Positions 1 through 9,139 of a DNA stretch of 64,000 nt are shown here, piece after piece (position 1 is the first letter of the stretch; each line of letters opens with the position of its first letter). The notes under the pieces were generated by a model. The model had not been told where the DNA came from, made no database searches, and worked only from the letters and a program-made list of their open reading frames with translations. Origin of the DNA: a virus; the IMG/VR virus record IMGVR_UViG_3300014205_000225, positions 2,826-66,825 of that record, one strand, 5' to 3'. Made by a program: the position numbers and the translations under genes.

Positions 1-90
1 CGCTGCGGCGGCTAACAGTATACCACCCCGTAAATGCTTTAATACTTCTTGGTCAATGATGTAGTCTGAAAGCTCAGCGCCATTTCCCAT
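1..90 (-). CDS. hypothetical protein, runs off the window (MGNGAELSDYIIDQEVLKHL...)
   Basis: GGAGG RBS before ATG at 90; open frame to base 1; not in ORF track. Confidence 0.5.
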   Translation of the reverse strand, partial: MGNGAELSDYIIDQEVLKHLRGGILLAAAA

Positions 91-361
91 TACTAACCTC
101 CCTTTCTGTTGAGTCTATCATGGATTTATATTTCCTTGCCGCCTCGAGCGTCCTTTCCCATACCACATCAAACGACATATTGGATGGGTACCCGGCTTCC
201 CTTTTAGCAGTCAAAAGCCACCCTTTCTGTATTGCAAGGCTTGCTTTCAAATACTCGGCCTTTCTTTCCGCTGCCCCGGCACGTCTGTCCGCTTCATCCA
301 GCTCTTTGCGCATTGCCGCAAGTTCTGCTTCTAGTGCCGCTACCTCTTTGAGTTTGGACAT
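74..361 (-). CDS. hypothetical coiled-coil protein
   Basis: ORF 74..421; GGGAGG RBS favours start MSKLKEV at 361. Confidence 0.7.
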   Translation of the reverse strand: MSKLKEVAALEAELAAMRKELDEADRRAGAAERKAEYLKASLAIQKGWLLTAKREAGYPSNMSFDVVWERTLEAARKYKSMIDSTEREVSNGKWR

Positions 362-378
362 TGTCTCAGTAACCTCCC

Positions 379-534
379 TTATCTCCAGCCCTTTTTGGCT
401 TCCCTTAAAGACCCACCGCATACCTTGTCACAGGTATTTCTTTTCTCAAAGCTGCTTTTCGATTCCCCTGGTTTTTGTTCCAAAACCTTATTACACCAGC
501 CACAAACCCGTGTTTTTCCCTGTTCTTCTGTCAT
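379..534 (-). CDS. small zinc-finger-like protein (CGWC...CDKVC)
   Basis: own translation MTEEQGKTRVCGWCNKVLEQKPGESKSSFEKRNTCDKVCGG..., AGGAG RBS, ATGA overlap with upstream gene. Confidence 0.6.
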   Translation of the reverse strand: MTEEQGKTRVCGWCNKVLEQKPGESKSSFEKRNTCDKVCGGSLREAKKGWR

Positions 535-701
535 GGTATACTCCTAGCAAGTTTGACGATGTGGGCAATGATTGACACCAAGTAAATAACTGCTAAACAT
601 AAACATGGAAGCTCCGCCCAGTCTTTGTTTTTTCTTGAAACAATAAATCCGATAAAGTAGATGAAAAATGCTATCACGGCAAACCATATACCAGTCTCCA
701 T
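531..701 (-). CDS. small two-TM membrane protein
   Basis: METGIWFAVIAFF... two hydrophobic stretches; follows 3D-domain gene. Confidence 0.6.
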   Translation of the reverse strand: METGIWFAVIAFFIYFIGFIVSRKNKDWAELPCLCLAVIYLVSIIAHIVKLARSIP

Positions 702-703
702 GA

Positions 704-1312
704 TTATTCCCCCAGCCAAATAGCCGTGGCGTTCTGTCTCCCAAAGGCTTTCGCCGCTTGTTTTTCCGGGCACCAAATATCCACAGAGTCAGAAAGCCGT
801 TTATTCATCACATCATTTTTATAAACAATCCCCTGCATCCCTTCCCCGGCTAAAATAACCCTTTTTCCAAAAGGTATAGGAATGTCCCTGCTGAAAGCGG
901 CTCCACCGGGAACAACATGCTCGTTATTTGCGGTTGTCCATGGGGCGCTGTCTGTTTCTTCCGGAGTGCTGGTGTATGCGGAAACGAAAACGTCTTTGTA
1001 GGATACACGGTTCGCGTCCCAGGGTTCATCGAAAATCAGGCTTAGTACCTTTGCGCTTCCCTCATAATGCTGCCGGTATAAATCGCGTTCCTTTTCTGCA
1101 TTTTCCGCCGTTCGTGTAACCCTGTCGAGTTTGTCCTGCATTCCGATACTATAATACACAGCCCCGACGGCGCTTGCGGTAAGGATCAGCACTAAAAGCA
1201 AACTAAGGAACACAAGTTCATAAACATCCTCTTCTGTCTCCCGGAGCTGTTCTTTAAGCCCTTTGACTGCATTTCCCTTGATGGAGTTTCCTTGATAGAT
1301 GTAGTGCGGCAT
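704..1312 (-). CDS. membrane-anchored 3D-domain (RlpA-like double-psi beta-barrel) protein
   Basis: TM segment, coiled coil, then AYTSTPEETD...TAN...PFGKRV...DVM...VDIW 3D pattern; AGGAGG RBS. Confidence 0.7.
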   Translation of the reverse strand: MPHYIYQGNSIKGNAVKGLKEQLRETEEDVYELVFLSLLLVLILTASAVGAVYYSIGMQDKLDRVTRTAENAEKERDLYRQHYEGSAKVLSLIFDEPWDANRVSYKDVFVSAYTSTPEETDSAPWTTANNEHVVPGGAAFSRDIPIPFGKRVILAGEGMQGIVYKNDVMNKRLSDSVDIWCPEKQAAKAFGRQNATAIWLGE

Positions 1313-1324
1313 AAGATACCTCCT

Positions 1325-1792
1325 CTAAATCCCGTAAGATTCCCGTAAATGTTTACGATAAGTTTTCCAGGCTTGGCAAGAAGGTTTGTCGGAGCAATAT
1401 ACACAGAAAGAACTATCCGTCCATAGCGCCCCACCTTCTTGAAACCTGAATTTCCGCGCATAGCAAAAGGCCTCTTCTTGCTCATTATTTATGCGAACAT
1501 GCCCACCCCTCGGCCACTCTCCCTGATTGTAGCATTTGGGGGGTTCCCCAGGGGCTACCGTCCGGCGGCTTTTCTTGCAGGGGGGTTGCTCAAGAACAGC
1601 CCCGGTTTCCCGTGGGATGTTTTGCACGGAGGGGGTTTCCTTCATAACCTCTTTCCATTTGGCATACCCGCGTTTCCATTCCGAAATAAGTGCTGGATCT
1701 GTAAATGAATGGTCTCGTCCTCGGCGCCCATCCCTAAAAGCCGCTTGAAGGTCCTCCTCTGATGGGGCTACCCTTTTTACTGTCCTCGCCAT
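1325..1792 (-). CDS. hypothetical protein with C-terminal Cys cluster
   Basis: ORF with AAGGAG RBS. Confidence 0.7.
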   Translation of the reverse strand: MARTVKRVAPSEEDLQAAFRDGRRGRDHSFTDPALISEWKRGYAKWKEVMKETPSVQNIPRETGAVLEQPPCKKSRRTVAPGEPPKCYNQGEWPRGGHVRINNEQEEAFCYARKFRFQEGGALWTDSSFCVYCSDKPSCQAWKTYRKHLRESYGI

Positions 1793-1918
1793 GTTGCTCT
1801 CCTTACTTGGATACGGAAGTTGTGCTGGCTTTTGTCAAGTCCGGAGTCACCTCTACGTTTGCGCAGCAAGTGCTCACCATGATAGTAAACAGAACAATAA
1901 CTATCCATTGTTCGCTTA

Positions 1919-3679
1919 TCATGCATTCCTCCGTTTTATGCTTTGTAAGAGTTGGACCATTCCGGCTTCCATTGCACAGTCTTTTCCATCAATAATCGCG
2001 TCAATTACCTGTCTTTTTTCTTCTTGCGAGGCTAGTATATCCTCTTCAATGGTATCTCGGGCAACAAGATACCAAGCCGTTGCCCCATGCGGATCGCTGA
2101 TCCTACCGTAGCAGCGTTCTTCTGCCTGTTCATGGTCTTTTGGGCTATCCCAAAATTCCAGGAAGCAAACATCTTGCGCGGCGGTAAGGGTCAAGGCTTC
2201 TTTAGCAGCCAAGGTGCCCAGGAAAACCCGTGTATCGTTGTGCCTGTATTCCCGGCAAGCCCCTGGGTCAATGTCGTGCTTATCCTTTTTAACCCCGCAT
2301 TTTGCACAAGCCTGAAACCTTGTTTCAGCGTCCCTTTTTTGAATGTCTGTGCAACTGCCATCCACAACTACCATTGATTCTGGTTTAAATGCCTGCTTCA
2401 TTTCAGAGATGGTTTCTTTGTGATGGGCAAACAGAATGAGCTTTTCTTCCCCATCCAAAAAATCCTCCACCCATTGCAGGCATTTCTTCATCTTGAGTTT
2501 TACTACTAATTGTTTCAGCTTATTGATGCGCACTAAGGCCTCCGCCCGTTGTGCGCTTGTCAAGGAAGACGGGTCTTTGTCCTCCAACCAACTAAGAAAA
2601 TCCCTGTCTGCGTATCGGTACTCTTTCATTTCCTTTGCACTAAACTCCAGATACACCGTAGTTCGTGTCATCTTTGGTAAGTCCGGCAGTACCTCAGCCT
2701 TTGTACGGCGAAGGAGAACCTTGTGTTTAGTAAGCACTTCATGAAACTCCTTCTGGTTACTGGCCCCGTCAAAATCCCAGCCAAAAAATCCCTTTTTAGC
2801 TCCACAGTATTTGATGGCGAATGGGAAAAATGCAGGGAAAATGTCGGGGCGCACAAGATGCAGCATGGGGTAAAAGTTCTTCGGGCGATGTTTTATCGGG
2901 GTACCGCTGCTTCCGATAACATGCGGCACCTTCCCAGCGAGTTGATAAACCGCCTGGGTTCTGCTGCTGGTCATCTCTTGCAGATATTGACATTCATCAA
3001 TCAAAATAGCCTGGGGGTCTATTTTCTTAATATCCGGTCGCAGATGTGTTGCTACCCCCCGGCCTTTACAAGCCGGGCATTTTTTTAGGTCGGCCCCCTT
3101 CTTCACTTTCTTTTTTCCTTTACACTTGGGGCATGGTTCATTGTAAAACAGTATATCATAGTTTATGATATGGATGTCCGCTTCTTCGAGCACGTTTCCA
3201 CGCCGCCATTCTCCGCTTATTACAGAAACCCGGCCATTTGGCACGATGTACTTGGCTTCGTTGTAATACCCCCATTTGGCATTGCTAGGGCACACAACCA
3301 CGGCTGGGCGCACGTCTGGCCTGTATTGTAGCCAAGCCAGTTTGGTAGCAGTTTTCCCCAAACCCTGCTGATCCCCGAGAATGGTTCTCCCGTCCGCTGC
3401 TTCTATGTGCTCTACCCCTAAAATCTGATACGGCTTTAGGGGGCGTTTGATCCCGTTTATTTTTATTGCGCTGGGGCGCCCCACCTTTTTAACCTGAGCA
3501 GGTACGGAAAACCCCCATGCCGTGAGCTTTTCCACGCTCTCCAGGCAATAGGGGGCCGTCCACATTTTCTGGCCCTGGTCCCACCGTCTTCCAGAAAGCG
3601 TTTTTACCTGTGCAATGGTTTTTGGGTCGTATGGAAACGATATAAACATCGAATTTCCATCAATGCGTACTTTTTTCAT
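1919..3679 (-). CDS. SNF2-family (SMARCAL1/HARP-like) helicase
   Basis: N-terminal HARP-like FPYDPKTI...RRWD, GLGKT Walker A, DECQ, SGTP, QAEER motifs. Confidence 0.9.
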   Translation of the reverse strand: MKKVRIDGNSMFISFPYDPKTIAQVKTLSGRRWDQGQKMWTAPYCLESVEKLTAWGFSVPAQVKKVGRPSAIKINGIKRPLKPYQILGVEHIEAADGRTILGDQQGLGKTATKLAWLQYRPDVRPAVVVCPSNAKWGYYNEAKYIVPNGRVSVISGEWRRGNVLEEADIHIINYDILFYNEPCPKCKGKKKVKKGADLKKCPACKGRGVATHLRPDIKKIDPQAILIDECQYLQEMTSSRTQAVYQLAGKVPHVIGSSGTPIKHRPKNFYPMLHLVRPDIFPAFFPFAIKYCGAKKGFFGWDFDGASNQKEFHEVLTKHKVLLRRTKAEVLPDLPKMTRTTVYLEFSAKEMKEYRYADRDFLSWLEDKDPSSLTSAQRAEALVRINKLKQLVVKLKMKKCLQWVEDFLDGEEKLILFAHHKETISEMKQAFKPESMVVVDGSCTDIQKRDAETRFQACAKCGVKKDKHDIDPGACREYRHNDTRVFLGTLAAKEALTLTAAQDVCFLEFWDSPKDHEQAEERCYGRISDPHGATAWYLVARDTIEEDILASQEEKRQVIDAIIDGKDCAMEAGMVQLLQSIKRRNA

Positions 3680-3888
3680 ACCTGTACCCCGAAAACTCCT
3701 ATCGAAGCGGTACATACCCCGTACAAAACTTTCTGGGCATACCGCTTTCTTGTTAAAGGATTCGATACCAAAGATGGGTCTTCGTATTTTAAGATGCTCG
3801 CTGAAATGAGTGCTTCAACCGGGAGGGCGTCAAAATACAGCTCCTCCCCAGTTTCCAGATTTAATACCATTGTCATTTTAGTTTTCAT
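3676..3888 (-). CDS. hypothetical protein
   Basis: ORF with RBS, ATGA overlap with helicase. Confidence 0.6.
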   Translation of the reverse strand: MKTKMTMVLNLETGEELYFDALPVEALISASILKYEDPSLVSNPLTRKRYAQKVLYGVCTASIGVFGVQV

Positions 3889-3896
3889 ATCACCCC

Positions 3897-4073
3897 CTAA
3901 TCTTGCCAAAAAGGCTTTTTGTCAAATTCAATGAAGTACGTCCACCCCAGCTCCCACATGAGGCACGCGGTAGGGCTCTCGAGTACGGAACGCTCCGTCC
4001 ATTCTCCCATACCCTCCAAACCGCCGATGAGCATTTCCCCCCGTGCTCCTGCATGTCTAATAACGATAGTCAT
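3897..4073 (-). CDS. hypothetical protein
   Basis: AAGGAG RBS before MTIVIRHAG. Confidence 0.6.
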   Translation of the reverse strand: MTIVIRHAGARGEMLIGGLEGMGEWTERSVLESPTACLMWELGWTYFIEFDKKPFWQD

Positions 4074-4083
4074 GGTAATCTCC

Positions 4084-4254
4084 TTATTCTGTAAAGTGAA
4101 CACCCATTTCGTTGAGAGTCCGTCTATTTAGCCAAGTGTCCGGAACTAGCCATGCGTGAAAGTACCGGCTATATTTACCCCCGAGCAGTTGTACACAGCA
4201 CTTGGCCTGATGAAAGTTATCAACCTTATAGATGCGGAGCATCGATTGCGGCAT
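4084..4254 (-). CDS. hypothetical protein
   Basis: GGAGG RBS before MPQSMLRIY. Confidence 0.6.
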   Translation of the reverse strand: MPQSMLRIYKVDNFHQAKCCVQLLGGKYSRYFHAWLVPDTWLNRRTLNEMGVHFTE

Positions 4255-4256
4255 TT

Positions 4257-4553
4257 CTATTCCTCCATTTCTGTTAGAGTAGTAGCAAGCCATTCCAGCA
4301 TGGCCTGTTTTTCCGCCTTTTTGTAAAATGCGGCGCAGGTATGTTCGAGCACGTTTTCTGGGATTTTGTTATCCATGACCCATTCCAGAAACTTGTCGCT
4401 AAACATCGGCCCACGGAAAACCTCCCTTTTATGCACAGTGGCCAGTATTACCAGTTTTTCGTTTTCGATATAGTACGGCGCGTTTACGCAATAGGCGCGC
4501 TGTTCTACATCTTCCTGATACTCATTTGATACGGATTGTTTTGCTTGTTTCAT
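4257..4553 (-). CDS. hypothetical protein
   Basis: AAGGAG RBS, tight packing. Confidence 0.65.
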   Translation of the reverse strand: MKQAKQSVSNEYQEDVEQRAYCVNAPYYIENEKLVILATVHKREVFRGPMFSDKFLEWVMDNKIPENVLEHTCAAFYKKAEKQAMLEWLATTLTEMEE

Positions 4554-4564
4554 TGTCTGTCTCC

Positions 4565-4831
4565 TTATTCTGTGAAGGTGAAGGATTGCAGGTCCGCCAT
4601 GATCTTTTCAGCGTGCTCATGCGGAATCCCGTAACGGCACTGAATAATGCCCGTGCAGCAATACCCCTGTTCGTATTCATCGAAATATGCGCAAGCTACT
4701 TCAAAGGCATCTAAAAAACTAATGGGGTGGGAATGTTCGAGGTATGTTGCCAGGGTCGCCATCGCGGCTGGCAAATTATGGGGGAAGTGAGTTTTAAAAA
4801 CCCGTTGAGCAAGAGCTAACTCGGCTTTCAT
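4565..4831 (-). CDS. hypothetical protein
   Basis: repeated RBS cassette (CCCCACTGGGAAAAAGGAGA) before MKAELAL. Confidence 0.65.
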   Translation of the reverse strand: MKAELALAQRVFKTHFPHNLPAAMATLATYLEHSHPISFLDAFEVACAYFDEYEQGYCCTGIIQCRYGIPHEHAEKIMADLQSFTFTE

Positions 4832-4872
4832 GCTAATCTCCTTTTTCCCAGTGGGGTTGGTGCCGTACCAAT

Positions 4873-4900
4873 AAAATAACACAATAAAATAAAAAAACAA
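4873..4900 (-). promoter_or_regulatory. phage promoter motif copy 1 (TTGTTT-TTTTATTTT-ATTG-TGT-TATTTT)
   Basis: same layout at 48585-48612 and 57264-57291. Confidence 0.6.
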
Positions 4901-5320
4901 GCTAAAAATAACACAAAATGCTTTCCCGGTTCTGGGAGCACCCCTTTGTCTGCGTTATCTGCTTTTCCTGTCTCTTTTTACAATGGCACGGATAATGCCC
5001 TCCGTCGTTTTTTGGCCGTTTGTACCCTTTGGCGTGCTATACGAAACCGCCGCAAAAAATACACCATAAAGAGAAGTGATAAACAATACATCAAACAGTT
5101 TCATAGTTTCGCTCCTTTAATCGTTGAGGATACGTGCTTCCAGACTATGCTCCGCGTTTTTGTTAGATCAAGGTTTTTAAAATCGCCGCCGCTACTGTGA
5201 AAATCACAATGAACAGGGCATGGGTCACAACCGCACGGGTCCACCTGTAAAACAATTCTTGATTAATGGTTTTTCTGTCGTTCACTCCCATAATGACCTC
5301 CCTTTGGAAAGTGATGCGTA

Positions 5321-5358
5321 CCATACAACCCCCAGGCAAAAAACCTGGGGGCTGGAGC
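5321..5358 (-). repeat. early-region intergenic hairpin motif copy
   Basis: CAGCCCCC...TTGCC...GGGGGTTG-TATGG, related to 6706-6738 and 9095-9127. Confidence 0.75.
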
Positions 5359-5364
5359 TATGCA

Positions 5365-6669
5365 TCAATCTCGCATGTAAACAACCTCCCCGAATTTGGG
5401 CAAGAACCCAGAAACAAAGCTGGGGCGTTCTGTGCATATCCACAAGGTCCGGAAACTGCTATTTTCCGGAGTCGGCCCCATCAGGTCCGTGATATAGATA
5501 ATCCCGTATATCTGTTCCGCTAGTTCCCCAGCCCATTCAAAGGGGGCTCTTAAATCGGTCCCGCCACCCCCGTATGTCGCGGAAATTTTAAGGGGGGTCC
5601 CTTTTGTAAAAACGTCGATGTGCCGTACTTTGCTATCAACGTGAAGCACATATACCTTGTCAATGGGGTACTGATGAAGCGCGCTATTAACCTCGGCAAG
5701 GAGCGCCGCCTGCTGGTCCAGAAGGCTCCCACTTGTGTCCAGGGCAATTACCAAGCTCTTGAGCTTTTTGCCTGTTTTGCTTGGCAAGTGAACCCCCCTG
5801 CTAATCAGGGAGCGGTTCGGGCGCATCCAGTTTGAACGGGTCATGGCCGATGCCGTACAAAATCGCCGCAAAACAGCTTTCCACGGCATGGTCGGGCGCA
5901 TATCCTCCAAAAGGCTTTTGATGTTTCCTGGCAACTTTCCGCATCGTTCGGCATGTCTCGCCGCCGTTCCTTCATTAACGACCCACTCCGTCGCCATCTG
6001 TTCCATTTCAGCGGGGCTGGCCTGTTCGCCGTTTTCGTTGACGGCGTCCACAAACCGCCCGGTCTTTGGGTGGCTCCACGGTTTTTCCTGGGCTGAGGTA
6101 CCGCTTTCCCCGCTGGGTTCCCCAGGGGTCTCGCTTGGCGTACCCTTTTCCCCCGTTTCCTGGGGGTTGTCCCCTTGGTTGTCCCCCAGTTTGTTATTTG
6201 TAGGGGGGTTGCCCTGCTCCTGGGGTTCCCCGTTTTTGTCATCGCCGTTTTTTGCGGCATCCTCTTTTTCTTGTTCGTGCGCTTCTGCTCGGATTGTTTC
6301 GTAGATGCGCTCTGCGCTTTGATTTTTAAACCGTGCGTCGCACAACCTGCCATCTATCGGAGTGAGACCTGCATCGAGCAGGATGTTGTTTACAGCGTGG
6401 TCACAAGCAATGTTCCACAAATCAGCATCCCGTCCGCTCCTCCGGAAAAGGTGGAGGCATCCGACGTGCTGTTTCTCATGCAGAAGGGCGGTTATACATT
6501 CCGCATCGCTGAGGCTGTTTACGAACTGGGGATTGTAGCGAATTTCTTTGCCATCCGTGCAAAGGGTCTGTTCCCGTGCATCCTCCACCAAGGGGAGGCG
6601 GAGCAGCCCATGCGCGAAAAACGGGTAATCCTGGATAATTCGCGTCCTGATTTTTCTAATGTCTGCCAT
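5365..6669 (-). CDS. DUF2201-type metallopeptidase + VWA-like domain protein
   Basis: HEKQH zinc motif, WNIACDHAVN, MIDAS DTSGS, GGGGTD, YITD. Confidence 0.9.
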   Translation of the reverse strand: MADIRKIRTRIIQDYPFFAHGLLRLPLVEDAREQTLCTDGKEIRYNPQFVNSLSDAECITALLHEKQHVGCLHLFRRSGRDADLWNIACDHAVNNILLDAGLTPIDGRLCDARFKNQSAERIYETIRAEAHEQEKEDAAKNGDDKNGEPQEQGNPPTNNKLGDNQGDNPQETGEKGTPSETPGEPSGESGTSAQEKPWSHPKTGRFVDAVNENGEQASPAEMEQMATEWVVNEGTAARHAERCGKLPGNIKSLLEDMRPTMPWKAVLRRFCTASAMTRSNWMRPNRSLISRGVHLPSKTGKKLKSLVIALDTSGSLLDQQAALLAEVNSALHQYPIDKVYVLHVDSKVRHIDVFTKGTPLKISATYGGGGTDLRAPFEWAGELAEQIYGIIYITDLMGPTPENSSFRTLWICTERPSFVSGFLPKFGEVVYMRD

Positions 6670-6705
6670 AAAATCTCCTTTCTGTTATTTGTTGGCGTCC
6701 TTCCA

Positions 6706-6738
6706 TACAACCCCCATACCGGCGAGGCATGGGGGCTG
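6706..6738 (-). repeat. early-region intergenic hairpin motif copy
   Basis: 33 bp, 1 mismatch to 9095-9127. Confidence 0.85.
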
Positions 6739-6748
6739 AAGCAAGGCG

Positions 6749-7855
6749 TCAAATATACAAATCCCCGTTTTTAATGCGAAATTCCGTAAACGGGCGGGTC
6801 TTTGTTAGTTTCGGATGTAGGCGCTCACATTCCTTGAAAAAGAGCACCTGCCATTCCTCGGAAACCCTTTGCAGGTACTCCGAAAACGGGGCGATGCTGG
6901 CAAAATCAGCAATGTTCGCCAGTGATGAGGTGAGCACGTATAGGGTGTCCAGCCTTTTTGGCAAGGGGGCTGAAGCGGGGTTGTTCTTAATTTCCTTAAT
7001 ACTCGGCAGATCCTCGAAGTTGGTCAGGAATGTGAGGTAGTCCTGTCCGGTAGCTTCCCCGAGTGCCCCTATTATGGCGGGCGTCCGGATACTTGGTGGC
7101 AGGTCATTGAGCTGGGCGATTTTGTACCATATCCGGGGGCATGGGAAGCTATTTCCCCGGTCATTCGCATCAAATACCAAAAGGGTATCCCGCCTCCATT
7201 GGATATACCCGATTGTCCGGTAGTCAATGCCGTCCTTGCGCGCCCGTGCCAGCCAGTCATCAACATTCGGCTCAAGTACAACATGGGTCCAAAAACGGGT
7301 CCCAAGGTGTTTCCCCATCTGATGAGCGAAAGTGCCGTCCTCGGCCCGATTGGATGCCGCGATAATTATCCAGTTTTCGGGGAGGGTATAGGACCCGATA
7401 GCGCGGTCATTTATCAACCCTAGCAAAGCCTGTCGGACGTTTTCATCCTCACTGTTCATCAGCTCGTCGATGAACAGAATCCCCCCGCGCCCATTATGAG
7501 GAGGAAGCAAGGAGCCCACTGGGGGCGCCCATCTGGTAAAACCGTCCACTATTTCCGGGATACCGATAAGGTCATAACTCTGGATCAGGCTCCCGCGAAT
7601 TTCAATGCACCACGGGCGGGTCCGGTATTTCCCGGTCGCCTTTTCAAAACAACGCCCATTTCTCACCTCATATTCCTGGTACTCCCCGGCAAAAAGGTCA
7701 TCGGCTCCCTGCTGGATGATATTCGATTTACCTATTCCGGGAGCCCCCCATACCATGAGGGGCTCGCGAAGTTGTGCGGTAATCTTTACAAATTCCTCGA
7801 GCTGTTTTTGGGAAATCGTGTTCCCCGTTGTTTGTCTTTGCGTACCTTTTGTCAT
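6749..7855 (-). CDS. MoxR-like AAA+ ATPase
   Basis: GAPGIGKS Walker A, LFIDE Walker B, AASN, FPCPRIW; adjacent to VWA gene. Confidence 0.9.
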   Translation of the reverse strand: MTKGTQRQTTGNTISQKQLEEFVKITAQLREPLMVWGAPGIGKSNIIQQGADDLFAGEYQEYEVRNGRCFEKATGKYRTRPWCIEIRGSLIQSYDLIGIPEIVDGFTRWAPPVGSLLPPHNGRGGILFIDELMNSEDENVRQALLGLINDRAIGSYTLPENWIIIAASNRAEDGTFAHQMGKHLGTRFWTHVVLEPNVDDWLARARKDGIDYRTIGYIQWRRDTLLVFDANDRGNSFPCPRIWYKIAQLNDLPPSIRTPAIIGALGEATGQDYLTFLTNFEDLPSIKEIKNNPASAPLPKRLDTLYVLTSSLANIADFASIAPFSEYLQRVSEEWQVLFFKECERLHPKLTKTRPFTEFRIKNGDLYI

Positions 7856-7860
7856 GGTAG

Positions 7861-7887
7861 TCTCCTTTTCCCAGTGGGGTGGATGGT
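7861..7887 (-). repeat. 27-bp RBS/leader cassette identical to 9047-9073
   Basis: ACCATCCACCCCACTGGGAAAAGGAGA. Confidence 0.9.
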
Positions 7888-7955
7888 TTTTGGGCGTAAA
7901 CGCTCCATATAATGCCGAAACAGGCAAAACCCCCGTTTCGGCACTAGAGCAGGGT

Positions 7956-8804
7956 TCACATGAAATACTCGCTCATTTTTACGGCGAGCTCGTCCGCTTT
8001 ATCAACGACCTGATCAGCATACATGGCATCTTCGCGCAAGTCTTTCGCGTCCACGTCAAAACATTCGCGAAGCTCTGCGATAGTTTGGTCAAACTCTGCG
8101 TCCCCGGCGACGTTCTGTTTGCTGGCCCGGTCGATTCTGTTTAGCATGGCCTCAACGCTCGCCTTGCTCACGCCACCCTGATAAATTTTCATGCTCAGGT
8201 CGCCGATAGCCTCGTACAATTCTTCGTAGAGGCCTTTCATCGCGTTCCGCATTGTTTCGGCGGTTTCGCGTTCAATTTCCGCGCGAATCGCCTCCACGTC
8301 CTCCGCCCCTATTTCCACCCTAAAGTCCCCAGCGGTCGGTATGGGGAAAAACAGGATTTTCACATTAAAACTTTCGCGAACCTGTTCCTGAGTGGGGTAG
8401 TCATCCGCTTTAAACAACCCCCCCAGGTGTTCAGCGGATTTTGCTTTTTCCAGTGCCTCCGGGTACTTGTCAGCAAAGTCCTGAGCAGCCTTTTCAATCT
8501 GTGCAATGAGGCCGCGAATCCTGGTCGTGTATTCCGTGAAGGCGGCGGTCGCCAGGATGCGTACCCCGTCCCGCCCCCAGGGGCGTGTCAACGATTCATG
8601 AGTTGTGCGCACCTGGCCGATCAGGGTATTGATCTCGGCCATGCTAGATGGGTGGAACAGGTTTTTAATAAACTTGCCCGCTTTCTCCTCTGCTTGGTTG
8701 TCCTGGGTTGTTTTGCGGGATGCACCTGCATCCGTTCTGGTCTTAGTTATTTGTGAGATTCTCAGGTCAACGAGCATCGCTTTTTGCACAAGGGTTCCGG
8801 TCAT
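7956..8804 (-). CDS. DUF3150-like helical protein
   Basis: AMLVDLRIS...LTRPW...GVRIL...LGGLFKADDYP pattern; usual neighbour of the AAA/VWA pair. Confidence 0.65.
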   Translation of the reverse strand: MTGTLVQKAMLVDLRISQITKTRTDAGASRKTTQDNQAEEKAGKFIKNLFHPSSMAEINTLIGQVRTTHESLTRPWGRDGVRILATAAFTEYTTRIRGLIAQIEKAAQDFADKYPEALEKAKSAEHLGGLFKADDYPTQEQVRESFNVKILFFPIPTAGDFRVEIGAEDVEAIRAEIERETAETMRNAMKGLYEELYEAIGDLSMKIYQGGVSKASVEAMLNRIDRASKQNVAGDAEFDQTIAELRECFDVDAKDLREDAMYADQVVDKADELAVKMSEYFM

Positions 8805-8813
8805 GGTAGCCTC

Positions 8814-9041
8814 CTATTTCCACAAGCTGGCGATAAAAAGGGTCCGCTCCGCCATGTCGCGAGTCGCGGGGCTGTTCGGGCACAGTTCCAAGTATCTGGT
8901 TGCCCGAGAGGCCAAAAGGTGAAGGCAGGCGGTATTCTCAGTTCTGTTTACCCCGTGCCCTAACATCCGGTCACAGTGTTCAGCCGAGCGGAGCACCTTT
9001 TTTGCCTGTCCGCGCCAAAAGTCCGTCATGTTACGTTTCAT
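8814..9041 (-). CDS. hypothetical protein
   Basis: RBS cassette before MKRNMTDFW. Confidence 0.6.
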   Translation of the reverse strand: MKRNMTDFWRGQAKKVLRSAEHCDRMLGHGVNRTENTACLHLLASRATRYLELCPNSPATRDMAERTLFIASLWK

Positions 9042-9046
9042 GATAA

Positions 9047-9073
9047 TCTCCTTTTCCCAGTGGGGTGGATGGT
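9047..9073 (-). repeat. 27-bp RBS/leader cassette
   Basis: identical to 7861-7887; variant at 4837-4862. Confidence 0.9.
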
Positions 9074-9094
9074 ATTCGATGCAGGTGCGCATCT

Positions 9095-9127
9095 TACAAC
9101 CCCCATACCGGCAAGGCATGGGGGCTG
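9095..9127 (-). repeat. early-region intergenic hairpin motif copy
   Basis: CAGCCCCCATGCCTTGCCGGTATGGGGGTTGTA. Confidence 0.85.
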
Positions 9128-9139
9128 GCGTTGAGCACC

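Noticed and set aside
6749-7855. AAA+ ATPase as the sigma54 enhancer-binding activator
   Set aside because: It has no GAFTGA loop or HTH; motifs and the VWA neighbour indicate a MoxR type.
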